A DNA stretch of 64,000 nucleotides from Octopus bimaculoides (lineage: Eukaryota), in the NCBI RefSeq assembly GCF_001194135.2, contig NC_068982.1, positions 165,175,790 to 165,239,789 of the forward strand, written 5' to 3'. Positions within the stretch are counted from its first letter, which is position 1. The number at the start of each line of letters is the position of its first letter. Positions 38,101-52,730 of the stretch are shown here, piece by piece. Position numbers and translations under genes: made by a program. The notes below the pieces were generated by a model. The model was given only the letters and a program-made list of their open reading frames with translations, did not search any database and was not told the DNA's origin.

Positions 38101-38944
38101 GGTTTGCCTTTTTACCTCGGATAAGCAAGCGGGACCCAGAAAATAGGCCGTTTTGGGAAAACTGTTTGGAGTTGAGGTACGTTTGCGAAATAAAAAATTT
38201 TCACAACTATATCGTCAGTAGTTCATATATCCGAAAAAGAAGCAAATTCTAAAGTACTGGAACAGTGATATTTAGTTCATTTGTATAGATGATTTTAATT
38301 GGTTTCTTGCGTTTTATAATTCATCCAAATTCTATTCTAGTGATTCTGTTTAATAATGTCTTTCAACTCTTGTTCAGATGAATGCATTAACTTTCAATTG
38401 CCTTTACTGCCCCAGTCGGTTTCTTTTCCTTAATCGTTTCCATTCCAAGTTTATCTCTGGTGTCTAACATTTCTTTCTGAATCTTGCTTAGGTTAGTTTA
38501 GATTAATTTATTTACTCGTAAATAATAACTCTTCATATAGAACTCCTTCAGCCCATATCGTTCACTGATTAATCTCCGAGTCATATCGCTGCCGGTCGCC
38601 CCTGAGAGCTTCATATGTACAAACTGCCAAGGTACTCACAGTTTCTAGTTTTTCTAAATCATAATTATATTTGGATCTGGTATTTTAAGGCCACAACTTC
38701 TGGTGTTTTATGCATACACCATTTTGGGAGCCTTGCCAACGAAGTAGAACTTCCGTATTCATCATTGTGGTGTTGATAAAATAAAGGGCCAATCAATAAC
38801 TTAGGTCAGTATAATCCGCTAATTTGCCTCTCCCTAAAATACCACCTCGAATATGTAACAAACTTACGAATAATACTTTTTATTTCGATAATCCATAAGG
38901 GAGAAAACCTTTTCTAATTAAAACTCACTCAAAGAAATAAACTA

Positions 38945-39075
38945 TTGATTTCAAACTTTGGCAGAAGTCCAGCAATTTCAGGAAGGGTGCAAGTCGATTA
39001 CGTCGACCCCAGTGCTTAGCTGGTACTTATTGTATCGATCCCAAAAAATGAGAGGTAAAGTCGATCTCGACGAAC
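38945..39075 (-). mobile_element. SINE family A variant 3' half
   Basis: ttgatttcaaactttggcag...gtcgaccccagtgcttagctggtacttatt...aaagtcgatctcg. Confidence 0.7.
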
Positions 39076-39280
39076 ATTTTTTTTTTTTTAAATAAGTTCC
39101 GATGACATAAATTGACTGAAGACTGATAAATATTATACGAATGCTGTGGCAAATGATTACTGGCGAACAATTCTTTTACCATACGATTGCTTTGAAATAC
39201 ACACACCAATCTACATATATTCATATATATGTATCTCCATACCCCCTCTCTTTCTCTCTTTTCTTCTCTGTTTCTCGATG

Positions 39281-39312
<32 letters not shown>

Positions 39313-39790
39313 TNNNNNNNNNNTTTCAGTATACGGAGAGGATGGAGGGAGATGATTATATTTTTATAATTATAAAATAGAGTGAGTTATTTCTTTCGCC
39401 AAGGGTGGCTTTCTGTATCCGTTATGGCAAACAGACGAATTTAATTAGAAATGTGATTTAGGAGGAGGAGAAACAAACTGAAAAACACAATGCTTGCATT
39501 AGCTACTTATAGGATTCTTTGATTAGTAACTGAAAAACAAACAGTAAGAATTTATAATACAGCGTAGGTAAATAATAGACGGAAGGTGACACAGTCATTT
39601 GTAAAAAAACAATATATTTGAAGGCAGCTGTGTATATTTCAGCGTAGTGGTGGGTGGTGTTTCCTTGTCTCTATGTGGGTTGGAAATGCATATGTAATAA
39701 TATTTTTATAATCATCAAAGTTTTGCTATGCAGGGAAAACAGAAACGATAATATATAAGAATATAGCTGCACTCTGGTCATTCACATGTA

Positions 39791-40790
39791 TTGGGTCATC
39801 CCATGAATAAGGCGGACTTTGATACTTCTTTTATTTTTCAAAATAAAGATAAATTTCACGTTTAATCTAAAATATACTCTCCTTCATTTTCTACAATGCT
39901 TCTTCATCTATCTGGTAGACTTGTAAGGCCCCGCTTCCAAAAGTCTCTTGTCCGTGACGAAAAATACACCTTCAGTACTGTTCTGACCTCATCTACAGAA
40001 TTCATATTGTTTCAGTCCAAACGATTTTGAAGACTGCGGAAGAAATGATAATCAAATGGGGCAATATCCAGCTAATATGGTGAGTGGGGCATCGTTTCCT
40101 ATTCAAACTGCTCCAGCTTTTGGAATGTCATTCTCACTGTATATGGCCGAGCAGTATCCTGATGAAAGACCATCTTTTATCTTGGTCGCTTTTCTTCTAG
40201 CACTGACTTAGGCCACTCAAACTACTCGCAGTAGATCTCCTTTGTTATCGTTTGGTTTGGTTTTAAAAGTTCACAGTGGAATAAACCTTTCATATTCCAC
40301 CAAAGAGATAACAACGCCTTATGGGTGTGAAGACCCTTTTTTGGCCTGGGGTTCCGGTGTTTCACCTTTCCCTACCTAATGTCTTCGGCGCTTGACATTT
40401 CTATAGAGACTCCATTTATCGTTACCAGTCACAATTCGGTCCAAAAAGGGTCCATTCGTGAAAGGTGAGAGCAAAGAAGAGCACACATTCACTCTCTACG
40501 CGTGATTAGACTCGGAAAGTTTGTGAGGAATATATTGACCCAGTTTGCTGACTTTTCCGATGATTGGTTGAATGACCAGATCCAAGTTTCTCATCTACTT
40601 CCCCAACAGTTACGATGGCATCTTGTTCCACCAGGGTTTGGAGGACGTCCTAGTTGAGCTCTACAGATCTTCTAGGACGAGGATTGTCTTCTAAGCTGTA
40701 GTTTCAGGGTCGGAATTTCTGGAATCACCGTTGACGCTGACTTACACTTATTGTCCGATCCCCCAAAACCGCATTCGTATATATATATAC
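39791..40790 (-). mobile_element. mariner (DD34D-type) transposon relic with right TIR
   Basis: NAVLGDRTISV...FQKFR, IVTGNDKW, LHPHKALLSLWWNMKG, FHQDTARPYT, PHSPY*LDIAPFDYHFFRSLQN; ends TA+ttgggtcatccc at 39789. Confidence 0.92.
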
Positions 40791-40802
40791 ATAGATACGT
40801 AC

Positions 40803-40849
<47 letters not shown>

Positions 40850-41265
40850 ATACCCAGGCATATTCCGCATTTTTTCTTAGGAGGGAGTAGCCACAAGACA
40901 CACTAAACGTTCCATTCATTTCCCAGCTCAACCAGCTCAAAGAGGCGAGCCCCATTCTATGCTCGGATCAAGGCATAGAACGCAACGACCAATATCATCA
41001 GCGGGACCCGACAGCATATGCTGGTTTATCCCTGCCGTATTATGCTGGTTCCGTACCCCTTCAACAACATCAAATTCGCTCATCCATCCACAAACACTCC
41101 CCAAGCTCTCCTATCATTTATAAACTCTCGTTACTTCTCTTCACTCCAACACCTCCGACCAAAGCTTTCCTCACTCCATCCAGCCACAGAAACCGAGGTC
41201 TGTCTCTGGTTCTGCTGCCTACCACTTCTGCCTTCATTACCTTCTTTACCACCCGCTCTTCACCT
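40850..41265 (-). mobile_element. RTE-type LINE 3' end and UTR
   Basis: ERVVKKVMKAEVVGSRTRDRPRFLWLDGVRKAL resembles the RTE C-terminal GRPxxRWxDxV, followed by non-coding sequence ending in (TA)n. Confidence 0.65.
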
Positions 41266-41269
41266 ATCC

Positions 41270-41690
41270 TCTCCTTTGTCGGTTGCAATTTGATTGTTGG
41301 ATTTTTAATAATCAAAATGTCCAGAAATAGAAGCCTTTCACTGCTATATTCCATTTTAGATTGAATATTGCAGTTAATATTGTTCAGTGTAGATTTGAAG
41401 TCCAGAAGTTTATCATAGGTTTCATTCCAGATGATAAAGCAATCGTCTAGGTACCTTTTCCAGTTTTGTCTTCTATACTAGTGGAATGGGGTCCAAATCT
41501 TTGGAGCGAAAATTCATATGGGGTAGATTCAAAGAAACCCATTACTAGGTTCGCAAGGACAGACGCTGCTTTTGTACCCATCCCAATACCGCCTTTTTGA
41601 CGGTAGTGTGTTTCATCGAATTGGAAGTAATTCTTTTGTAGGGTGGACTTCAGAAATTCAATGACAAAAGTCAAGTTTACGCAGCGGTTT
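41270..41690 (-). mobile_element. Penelope-like RT fragment
   Basis: NYFQFDETHYRQKGGIGMGTKAASVLANLVMG, RYLDDCFIIW, LLFLDILI. Confidence 0.88.
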
Positions 41691-41701
41691 ATACATACAT
41701 A

Positions 41702-41752
<51 letters not shown>

Positions 41753-41911
41753 NNNNNNNNNNNNNNNNNNNNNNNNNNNNNNNNNNNNNNNNNNNNNNNN
41801 NNNNNNNNNNNNNNNNNNNNNNNNNNNNNNNNNNNNNNNNNNNNNNNNNNNNNNNNNNNNNNNNNNNNNNNNNNNNNNNNNNNNNNNNNNNNNNNNNNNN
41901 NNNNNNNNNNN

Positions 41912-41979
<68 letters not shown>

Positions 41980-44560
41980 CATGTATGTATGTGTAGATAG
42001 ATAGATTTGTATGTGTCTGTGTGAGTATGCGTGCTTACATTTGTGTATATATATATATATCTATGTTTTAGAAGGGTACATGTGTGGAGCAGTATCAATA
42101 TGTGTACGTTTGTCTGTGTCTGTACACGCATATGTCTGTGTATATGTGTGTGTATATGTATGTGCATATATGTATGCATGTATAAGTATATATCTATTTG
42201 TGGGGGTGTCTGGACACACACACGTGAGTATCCATGGCTGCCTGAGAGTGCATATGTACATATAAATACATATACTTCCACTAATACATTTAACTACATT
42301 TGGACATACACTTTTAGTACATAGATCTATATTGACTTTTGTAATTGTTGATGCCGTTCGCTAAATGGACACAAATGTAATTTTTTCCCAAATAAATTGC
42401 ATTCCATATATGAGGTTTCCTTGAAGCTATAATGTGTTATTCAGGCACTCAAGTATGAGTCCTCTGTATTTTATAACAGAAACACCTGTAAACTAATGAA
42501 GTTCATGAGATGAAACTTTATTCCTTTGTCATTTGTCCCCCCCCCCTTTTATTTTTGATGCTCTATACTATGCATCACTTCGTTTTGAAACATACGTATA
42601 CTGAGTTCTACATCGAGTTATTGAACTCGCAGAGCCTGATCGAAATATTAANNNNNNNNNNNNNNNNNNNNNNNNNNNNNNNNNNNNNNNNNNNNNNNNN
42701 NNNNNNNNNNNNNNNNNNNNNNNNNNNNNNNNNNNNNNNNNNNNNNNNNNNNNNNNNNNNNNNNNNNNNNNNNNNNNNNNNNNNNNNNNNNNNNNNNNNN
42801 NNNNNNNNNNNNNNNNNNNNNNNNNNNNNNNNNNNNNNNNNNNNNNNNNNNNNNNNNNNNNNNNNNNNNNNNNNNNNNNNNNNNNNNNNNNNNNNNNNNN
42901 NNNNNNNNNNNNNNNNNNNNNNNNNNNNNNNNNNNNNNNNNNNNNNNNNNNNNNNNNNNNNNNNNNNNNNNNNNNNNNNNNNNNNNNNNNNNNNNNNNNN
43001 NNNNNNNNNNNNNNNNNNNNNNNNNNNNNNNNNNNNNNNNNNNNNNNNNNNNNNNNNNNNNNNNNNNNNNNNNNNNNNNNNNNNNNNNNNNNNNNNNNNN
43101 NNNNNNNNNNNNNNNNNNNNNNNNNNNNNNNNNNNNNNNNNNNNNNNNNNNNNNNGAATCAGTAGTTCTTTGACTGCTATTTCTAAATTTTCAGTATGTT
43201 GGAGAAGCAACTCAATGCTAATCCCTATATATTTATGATTATATATATATATATATATATAAAAATTAATATTTGTTTCAACGTTAGAGAATTATATAAA
43301 CCACTGTTAATCATTAGAATCAAAATATATCCTTTGACTGAAAGCGAATGAGCAAAGTTATATTGAATTTCAGGAGTAATATGGTTTGCTCTTTATTCTC
43401 AAGTCATCTGCAATTTAGCGGATCAGTAACAATAGTAAAAGATTTAAATTGGAACCTGAAAACCCATTTTTGTGAAAAATTTTATGAACGGATATCTAGT
43501 GTTGCAAAACAGTGAAAAGCTGGATAATCTTTCCATTTCCTTTGTATATGCAAACTCACACGCTATTACTCAATCAACACCACCACCACCTCACACACAT
43601 TTACAAGGATTCATATAGCGAGTTAAATAAAATATCGTCTCTTCATCATGTTTTAAAAATATTTTCGCGATTATATTCATAACAGAATTGTTTCGTGAAA
43701 AAAATAAATGAAGATTAAGTTTAATGAATAAACGTTTCAATTAATTAGAAAGCTGTAATATATTTTAAACAAAGAAAGTGACATAGTTATTGTTCATCAA
43801 TTTTAGGCCAATTGACAACAGAGACTAAAGCGAACTTGAAATATTATTTTATATTATCTAATTACGTTTCTAACGTTCTCATTCCAGACACTGCCTGAAT
43901 TAGTGTTGCCGAAACTAAACGCATGTCATTAACATATATTTTCAATAGAAGATATAGAGATAGTATTTAATCTGATGGAGATTAAATGCTACACTCTTAC
44001 AAAAGAAAGAACAAACTAGACTATGCCTGAAACATTATAACAGTTTTAAGACAGATGGAAGGCGTTTGTTCTAAGTTCAACGGATGATGATGGGTGGGTG
44101 CTAGACAACTGCTAGCAGTAAATAATATTCAGAATAATTTTCTGAGTATGATGGAAATGAGAAATGGAATTCCGGTCCGAATGAAAATAATGCAACTTAA
44201 CACGTATTTTCTATGCTTCGTCTAAGAGAGAGGCTAATATTTAAGGAGACATCACATTCCTAACGGTCATTTGTCACATGAAACAACGATTGAATTCTGA
44301 TGAAGTGACAGAATCCATCATTGAAACATCTCCTGATGTCGTCTGGAACGCCGTTAATTTCCTAAATCTTTTAAACTTCATTTTATGACCCCTTTCCAAC
44401 AGCTATTTTTTCTTCCTTTGCTTTCTCTGTCGCGCTACCAACTTCGCACATGCGTACTTGTGTCTTTAATGTGGGTATATATGATCATAAGCACACATGC
44501 ATGCACGTACACATGCATACACTTACGTATGTATATCTTGGAGGGTGTACTAGTGTAATA

Positions 44561-45240
44561 CAGCCTTGGCCAAAAGTATTAGGCCAGCCCATTGTTTTGG
44601 GATTCTGCTGTCTCAATGTTAATGAAACTCGTACATATGGTAGATTATGGTGTATTTCACAATATACATTATTTTTAATATCTGGCTGACCATCCTTTAG
44701 CATCAATTACCGCTTTTATACGGTTAGGCATTGAATCAACTAGTTTCTTGCAGGTGCTAGGCGCAATTTTACTCCATTCTTCTCTCAAATTTTGGTACAA
44801 ATGTTCTTTATTTTTAATTATTGTGTTCCCGATAGCTTCATCAAGAGTTCCACGTAGGTGTTGGATTGGATTTAGATCGGGACTTTGAGCCGGCCAGTCC
44901 ATGGCAACAATACCCTCTGTCTCAAAGGATTGATGAGTATTCTTTACTGTATGACATGGAGCGGTGTCCTGCTGAAAAATAACACTGTGTTTCGACACTC
45001 CTGGGCGCAATTAAGCAATTGATGGCTATAAAACATCTGATAACATAGAAACATAGGTAGCTAAATTCATTCTTCCCTGACATAAAAACATTTCTCCGTG
45101 TCATGTGGCATACATGTAGGCTCACACCGTGATAGAACTACCCCCATGTTTTATGATTGGTACCAGAAATTCAACCTTAAATGCTTCCGCTACTCTGCAA
45201 TACACTTACTTCACTCATTCGACTTCTTCACATACTTTCA
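44561..45240 (-). mobile_element. Tc1-like (DD34E) transposon 3' relic with TIR
   Basis: IKHGGSSITV, IFQQDTAPCH, WPAQSPDLNPIQHL, SMPNRIKAVIDAKG; TA+cagccttggccaaaagtatt at 44559. Confidence 0.92.
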
Positions 45241-45247
45241 TTTTACA

Positions 45248-45278
<31 letters not shown>

Positions 45279-45299
45279 CCATACTTTATATTTTTCACC

Positions 45300-45470
45300 C
45301 TATCCCTGCGTGTCATTAATGCATCTTCCTGCGACTGGGTATCTCTTAATCCTATTTAGTTTCCATGACCTGGAAGTTAGTTTGCAACATTCCATTACAC
45401 TTCTCCTTTCTCTCCGAACCAGCATACTTACCGAAAATCGCATACCTCTCCATACCACACACATTTGTCT
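45300..45470 (-). mobile_element. Possible RTE-type LINE 3' remnant
   Basis: VWYGEV and PVAGR fragments resemble RWYGHV...VEGRR; weak. Confidence 0.3.
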
Positions 45471-47857
45471 AATGTTACAAATATTATTATTCGGGATTTG
45501 ATCTCAGCAAGAAGAGACAGCTACTAACTACCGTAATTCATTTTGTTCTGAATGCTACTGATTCTGCCATCCAATGCCATCAAGTTGATAAATTTATAAA
45601 ATAAATTTCGTTTTAGAAACTGAAATAAAATTTCAAGTTGCTGGTTTCTAAATATTCTTAAATGATTTCATCAATCTTCAAAAAATGAATATCGAACATT
45701 ATTGCTTATAAAAAAGAAGTTAATTACCCTCGCTATCATATTTAATATTCTGAATGAGATTTTGTGGTACATTTGACAGAACATTTACTGAGGTTATTAA
45801 ATTGGAAGTACTGGATGACATTAAACGCGAAAATATATACACTAGTGCATTTTGGTGCACAGTGAGTTGAATTTAAATGCACGAAATTAGTTTAAAACTT
45901 AACTTGAATACTTTGAGACAGAAAACAAAATATAGGAAGAACAGAAAATGTTGCTGCATCGTATTGTCATCAAATTAAAATTAAATAAAACGTTTTGTAT
46001 CAGAAAAAGATGATTTCAATAATTATTACCTCTAAATTAATTGAAATATGTAAGTTATGTCAGGAGTATAAAAGAAACGCTTCCTTTGATAATATTTATC
46101 CCTTATGCTTGATAACGTTGTATGTATCCTTCTATGAAGATTGATATGTAAATATTCATCGCTTGAAGAGACACTGGAACAATTTAACTCGAAGAGAACT
46201 TCCTTAAAGTGATGTAGAAATAAAAGCATATTTTATATATCAATGTAGTAGGGATCACAGTGGTACAATAAATATGTGTACCTTCTTTGTCAAATGAATA
46301 TTAAAAACAACTTCAATGCTATATATTCAACGTTAGAGAAGATATCGCAAAAAAACAAAAACATACTTCCTACTTGGTCTTTAGTAAAAAAAAATGATTT
46401 TAACTGCATACTATATCACGAAGGCCAGAATCTAATATAAAACTATTAGTTTTGGCAAGGGCTACATCTTACTGGAGAAATAAAAACGGTACCTATTACT
46501 AAATAAAAGTGTGTATTCAATCAGTAAAGAGACAGGTGAGATGTGTTATCCATAGCAACAGCTGTGATCAGACATTCGTAATTCAGTTTAACGTCATATT
46601 TAATTACTTTTCTAGATCGTGACTGAGACAGAGAGAACCAGACACAGTTCTTGAACGAAGTTAAGTTAACTCGGTATGGTATCGGTATGGTGCCATCTTT
46701 TAATCTGAGATATATCGATGAAACTATAGTCAATATCTAGTTGGTGACAGACTAAGATTTTCTCAGATTCAACGGATTTATGTGAATATACGCACACACA
46801 TATATCTGTATGTATATAGATTTATATATATACATATGCGTGTGTGTGTTTAAGTGTAATATACATATGTTTGTGTGTGTTGATATATATATATATACAC
46901 ATACATTCATACATACATACATACATACACACATACATACATACATACATACATACATACATACATAAATATAGATATAATTATACGTATAATTTACTCA
47001 TTCGATGGAATAATAAATCAGTTGAAAGATCGCGTTAACAATGTCGATCGTAAACTTTGATTCGAAAGCCTGTCATATCAAATTATTAAAGGGAAGCCGT
47101 AAATTGTCGCTAGATATGCTATTAAAATTCCCCTCGAATCGCTTTGTAGCGTCTTACCACTATAAGAAATTCATGTGCTATTTAACGTAGACTGGTATAC
47201 AGTTATGTCTAACAAAATTTAATCACAATCTCGCATTTGCAGTACAGTTACTAACATAGTGCTACCTTTCCCGCAAATCTTGGAGTTCTGTGAATGAAAG
47301 GAATCATGGCGAGGCATTACCAGAATTAGAGTGTAAGACACAATGCCTTCTGTCACTTGTTTCAGTTCTTCTCTTCGAAGTCAACCCTGCCTTTCATTTT
47401 TAAAGATCAATTATATATATATTTATATATATATATATATATNNNNNNNNNNNNNNNNNNNNNNNNNNNNNNNNNNNNNNNNNNNNNNNNNNNNNNNNNN
47501 NNNNNNNNNNNNNNNNNNNNNNNNNNNNNNNNNNNNNNNNNNNNNNNNNNNNNNNNNNNNNNNNNNNNNNNNNNNNNNNNNNNNNNNNNNNNNNNNNNNN
47601 NNNNNNNNNNNNNNNNNNNNNNNNNNNNNNNNNNNNNNNNNNNNNNNNNNNNNNNNNNNNNNNNNNNNNNNNNNNNNTATATAGATATATAGATATATAA
47701 CTTTGATAGGTTTCGGCCAGTATAGGCTATGCCATGTCTAACTCAATAGCACGTATATAAACAGGCATATACTGCCTTTAAAATATTATATTAATTCCCT
47801 TTTACATAAAATTGTAGGCCTTGTTTCTTATTTTGTAATATCATTAGTAGTAGCAAA

Positions 47858-48047
47858 AGGTGGCAAGCTGCCATAAACTTTAGCCCGCCAGGCAAACTGC
47901 ATTTTGGCGGTCTTTAAGTTCTGAGTTTAAATTCCGCTGAAGTCGATTTTGCCTATCATCCTTTTCAGGTAGATAAGATGACTGGGGTCGATGTAATCAA
48001 TTTAGTCCCTCCCCCGAAATACTGCCTTGTCCCAAAATTTGAAACTA
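47858..48047 (+). mobile_element. SINE family A variant
   Basis: ggtggcaagctg...ctgagtttaaattccgctgaagtcga...ttgtcccaaaatttgaaact. Confidence 0.8.
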
Positions 48048-48119
48048 CTATTCCTAGTAGTAATAAGGTTGCTGATTCGCAAAATTTCATTTATGAATAA
48101 GTCACATCAGTTATCATTT

Positions 48120-48995
48120 TAACGCTATGCTACATCCTATATCAATCTTATATCTACTATAACTACTCTTCACGAAGAACGATTTAGACTAAATCCGTTA
48201 TAGCCAACCAATGGCATTCGCCTCTGCTCCTTACGTATTATCCTGCGCCAGCTACATTAATTATATTTTCTACAGTCAAAGAGGACGAAGATCTTGGTTT
48301 CCTTACTTTTCTATTTTTTCTTCTCGTTCCACTTCTGCACTAATCTTCATGATTTTTTCTCCTCGATGTTTTTCTTTTCGTTTTGTCTTATGTATTCCCA
48401 TAGTTCAGTGTCCTGCTTTTTGAATACATCTAACGTTATGAACTGAGCCTGAAATACATGCACATACATGGCACACCATATAAATCTGACAATTTAATGC
48501 GTCTTAAAGTATGAAACTATTAGTAACTCTTTTGTATTTGTGTATATTAAATATTTATTTCTCTCTCGATGGATTACTAGTTAGTTGATCCTACATATAT
48601 TTAAACTGTAAGCCACACACACATATATACACTTTAGATCTACCTCTCTATTCGTGGTACACTCATAACTAAATAACTGAAAGTGGAAACAACTGATGAT
48701 GATCGCTTATGAACATTCTTCATGAAATACAATACAGTATCCAAGCATTTTACTTAATCACTGATCATGAAGCAATTCAGTACAAACCAAAAATCGCGGT
48801 AATGATACTGGTACATATACAGACATATTAACACTAGTAAAAAGAATGTCGGTGATATATGACTACCTAACATCGGCTATCACAAAAATGCTATGCTGCT
48901 TTCTATATCGATCCTTCATCTACTATAACTACCCTTGACGAAGAACGATTTAGACTAAATACGTTCTAGCCAACTAATGACACACTCCTCTGATC
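48120..48995 (+). repeat. ~110 bp direct repeat pair (about 48120-48230 and 48885-48995)
   Basis: atctactataactac...acgaagaacgatttagactaaat...tagccaac shared. Confidence 0.9.
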
Positions 48996-50151
48996 CTTCA
49001 TGGCCATAGGTGAGCCGTATACATATCCTTTGTCACCCATGTGATTCTTGCTCGCATCTAGCGAAAAATATTTAAGCTATTATTTTATTCATTCATATGT
49101 TTCAGCCTTGAGATTGTGGCCATGCTGGGGCACCGCCAGTAAAATATGTATAAAATATGTTGATACTACATGAAAGTAAAGGCTTTCGCATATAACAAGA
49201 ACGTTTCCATCTATTATGACAAATACATAATCAAGTAGACCCGAGTCTTACTTCCTTCTTGACAAATTCTCGAACGATTAGAAAAGACAGAGATATAGCA
49301 AATATAACAAATTTGATTGCATTAATTTCATCGATGTAGAAAAGAAAATTGATCATTTTTATTTGGATGAAAAAATATTTCTGTATATATTTGATAACTA
49401 TTAATGATATTTATGATATTGTTATTATGAAGGAGAAATAAGTACTATTTAATTTGATAAATATACTATACTAACATTTAAATTATCCTCCCATAAGGAA
49501 AAATGGCTTCGTTAGTCAAAATAAAGATCAGACAAGAGCTTTATTAGAACTTATACGTTGATTTAGTAACGAAGCTTGCATAGAATTTTGGATAAAAACG
49601 TACGAATTTTTATTGACGAATAGAGAAATGATTGCGATATATAATGGGATACAATCGCCAGGTAAAGAAATCATAAAATTGGTATATACAAGAGGCTATA
49701 AATATTTAACTAAAGTAGAGCTGTAAAACATGAAGGGATGTGACATAAAATAACTTCTTAGGGCTTAAACGTATGATAAATGGTACCCATAAATAGAGCT
49801 GTTAACACGTAAGCTATATTTCATTTGAAGGAATCCTAAAATGAAATAAAAAAGATAACGCTTATTTAGATAGCATCACATAAAAAACAATGACTATATA
49901 CGGATTGTTATACTCCAAAAGTGATGCTAACAGGTTCTGTCTCAAATCGGAGATAAATGCAGTTTACTTGCGAATAATGTATATAGAGTATATAACTGCT
50001 GTAACATAGCACGAAGAAAGTCAGCAATATTTTTGTGCAGAATTACACACACCACGCACGATAGAATAAATACTGATGTAAAAAGAAACATGAAACTAAA
50101 CTCTATTATAAAACGATCTGAATCGTTCCCCAACAGGGTCTATATTTTCCA

Positions 50152-50235
<84 letters not shown>

Positions 50236-50381
50236 ACACACACACACATACACAAAAGAAAGTAATGCTGCACATATCTTAGGAACTGAAGGTGAATCGG
50301 GTGGTTCAAAAACTCACATAAACCTACCAAAAGAAAGAAATAATAACAATGATGAATGTCGAATTTATCATCATCATCCTT

Positions 50382-50430
<49 letters not shown>

Positions 50431-50469
50431 CCACTACCATCATCACATCTTCGCAACGAGCATCACCAA

Positions 50470-51300
50470 CTAATTGTCACAAGAATTTCCTCTACGCATT
50501 GCATTTCGTAAGCCACTCTTCAGTATATCAGAGTGTTCGACCAGTTGGCAGTTAAATGTTCGGGCAGGGCACAATTCTTCCACTTCTTGGTTACCAGGAA
50601 GATACAGTTAGGCTTGTGACCTACCTAGATAGATGAACGTCCATAGTTTGCCTGATCTCTTGCTGCACTTAATGGTAAAATAGTTCATATCGCATTCAGT
50701 TATAACATTCAGAAAAAGCTGGTCGCTCCTGTTGGTTTACACTTCTCTTCAGTCACCTTTGCCAATTTATGCATTCATATCAAAAACTATTATAATAAAA
50801 TAGTTCTGGAACCTACCTCATGATACTAACGATTTCACTGTAATATTCCTCAGCTGCTGAATCTTTCGATGTGCTTCTTGGACTATAGCAGCACGTAGTA
50901 CTGATTGCAGGATTGTCGTTAAAAGTTGCAATAATTGAAGGAATGATAAGATATATAATCATCAAAGATCTGCAGGATTTCGGGCTCATTAGGGTACCCA
51001 CTACGCTAATATATGAGTTTCTCATAAATTTTGTGGCCGATCCAAAGTCAACCTTCCAGCATCTGTTGATGTCGTGTGCCATGCATGCCTCATTCTCGTG
51101 GTAAAACCTTTGTCCCTGAGTAGAGATGACATCGATTCTGCTTTCCTCTCATATAGCTGCAGTTTAATAGAGACTAAAATTTGTTGTAACCGCTTAGCAA
51201 CGAACGCCGATATGAGGGAGACTCTCTTAACAGTTTTAAATCAGTAGCATACATTTCGTTCCCAACCTGAACTTGCCTTCGAGGGACGGGCTCCTTCTTG
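50470..51300 (-). mobile_element. RTE-type LINE apurinic endonuclease domain relic
   Basis: RIDVISTQGQRFYHE, VGTLMSP, IIATFNDNPAISTTCCYSP...EEYYSEI, SGKLWTF match the APE motif order of RTE-like LINEs; many stops. Confidence 0.75.
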
Positions 51301-52205
51301 AACCGCGCAACAAGTGATGCGGTATTCTTGGTCATTAACGTTATTAGCCATTGTGTTTTTCTGTTGTACGAAGAGATACACTTAGAGTGCCTTTCTAATG
51401 AATACTTTATCTCATTGCCCTTGATAGTTTCCAGGTGATCCACCAAAAATAACTGTATGATAGTCCATAATAACAGTCAGTCATTATACGCACAACCATC
51501 ACAACAGCTTACTGCATTCCGAAATTTATAATGAATAGTAAAGATTAAGATTAATGAAAATACAAGGACTCGGTGTAATTCATTAAGCCTTATAAAGTTT
51601 TAACATGAAAATAAATGTATGAACAGTTTTTTGAAATTTATGAGTGAATCTATAAATGTTAATAAATAATAGTCGTAGATAACATAATCACACTAACATT
51701 CTTCATTACGCGTAAAGTACTTCAAGTCAAATATTATGCTTGCTTGCTAAAGAAATATGTAATATGTCTCGATAATTACTAAGTTTCGAGACAGATGATA
51801 CAAGAGGATAAACGTTTTAACAAATACATTTCTTAAAGCTTGTTCTACTCGTGTTGTCTTGTTTCTACTCATAATATGTATGTGTATGTTTATGTATGTG
51901 TGTGCCCGCGTGTGTGTGCGCACGTGTGTGTGTGTGTGTACGTCTGTGTGTGTTTATGTATGTAATGTTTGTATGTTTCTTTCAATATTGGAAATCGAAG
52001 GACATAAATTTGCATACTATTATTATTCTATAGCTTCATCTACTTCAAGTTCCACCGTTAAAATTATATCACTTTTTTCGAAGTCCTTTAATTTCCAAAA
52101 ATCTTAAGATGTAAACAATATACTGTTCTCAGTTGTAAAAGCAAGGCTTTTAAAAGGAATGGATAAAATGGGAAGTGTTTCTTTGGTATTGTTGTAAAAT
52201 ATGTA

Positions 52206-52425
52206 CGGCGGCGAGCTGGCAAAAGCGTTAGCACGCCAGGCGAAATGTCTAACACCATTTCGTCTATCTTTACAATCTGAGTTCATATTCCACCGAGATC
52301 GACTTTGCCTTTCATCCTTACGGGATCAATAAATTAAGTACCAGTTGCGTACTGGTGTTAATCTAATCGACTGCCCCTCCCCCCAGAAAATTCGGGCCTT
52401 GTGCCTAGAGTAGAAAAGATTATAA
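52206..52425 (+). mobile_element. SINE family A full-length monomer with probable 10 bp TSD
   Basis: taaaatatgt (52195-52204) / taaaacatgt (52426-52435). Confidence 0.92.
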
Positions 52426-52436
52426 TAAAACATGTG

Positions 52437-52730
52437 AAGGTGCATGGCTTAGTGGTTAGGGCTTTCGGCTTACGATTTTACGGCCGAGAGATTGATTCCC
52501 GGCGGCGCGTTGTGCCCTTGCGCAAACACTTTATTTCATGTTTCTCTAGTTCATTCAGCCAGCATAAATGACTAGTATTTTGTGTCACGCTACATTTCCT
52601 TGCGATCTACGTTAAGGGCACGTCGCGTGACTTCAGAGTGCTCAGCGACTTTCACATTAATTTCCCGAGCAGACTGGTCTGCTGAATAAAACAACTGCAA
52701 CCCTAGTCGTCGTAACCAACGGAGTGTCAC
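52437..52730 (+). mobile_element. SINE family C
   Basis: catggcttagtggttaggg A-box, gagattgattccc B-box-like; colinear with 7848-8155. Confidence 0.78.

Noticed and set aside
38330-38720. Possible very old LINE remnants here and at about 57115-57300
   Set aside because: Only vague motif echoes; I cannot support a call without a profile search.
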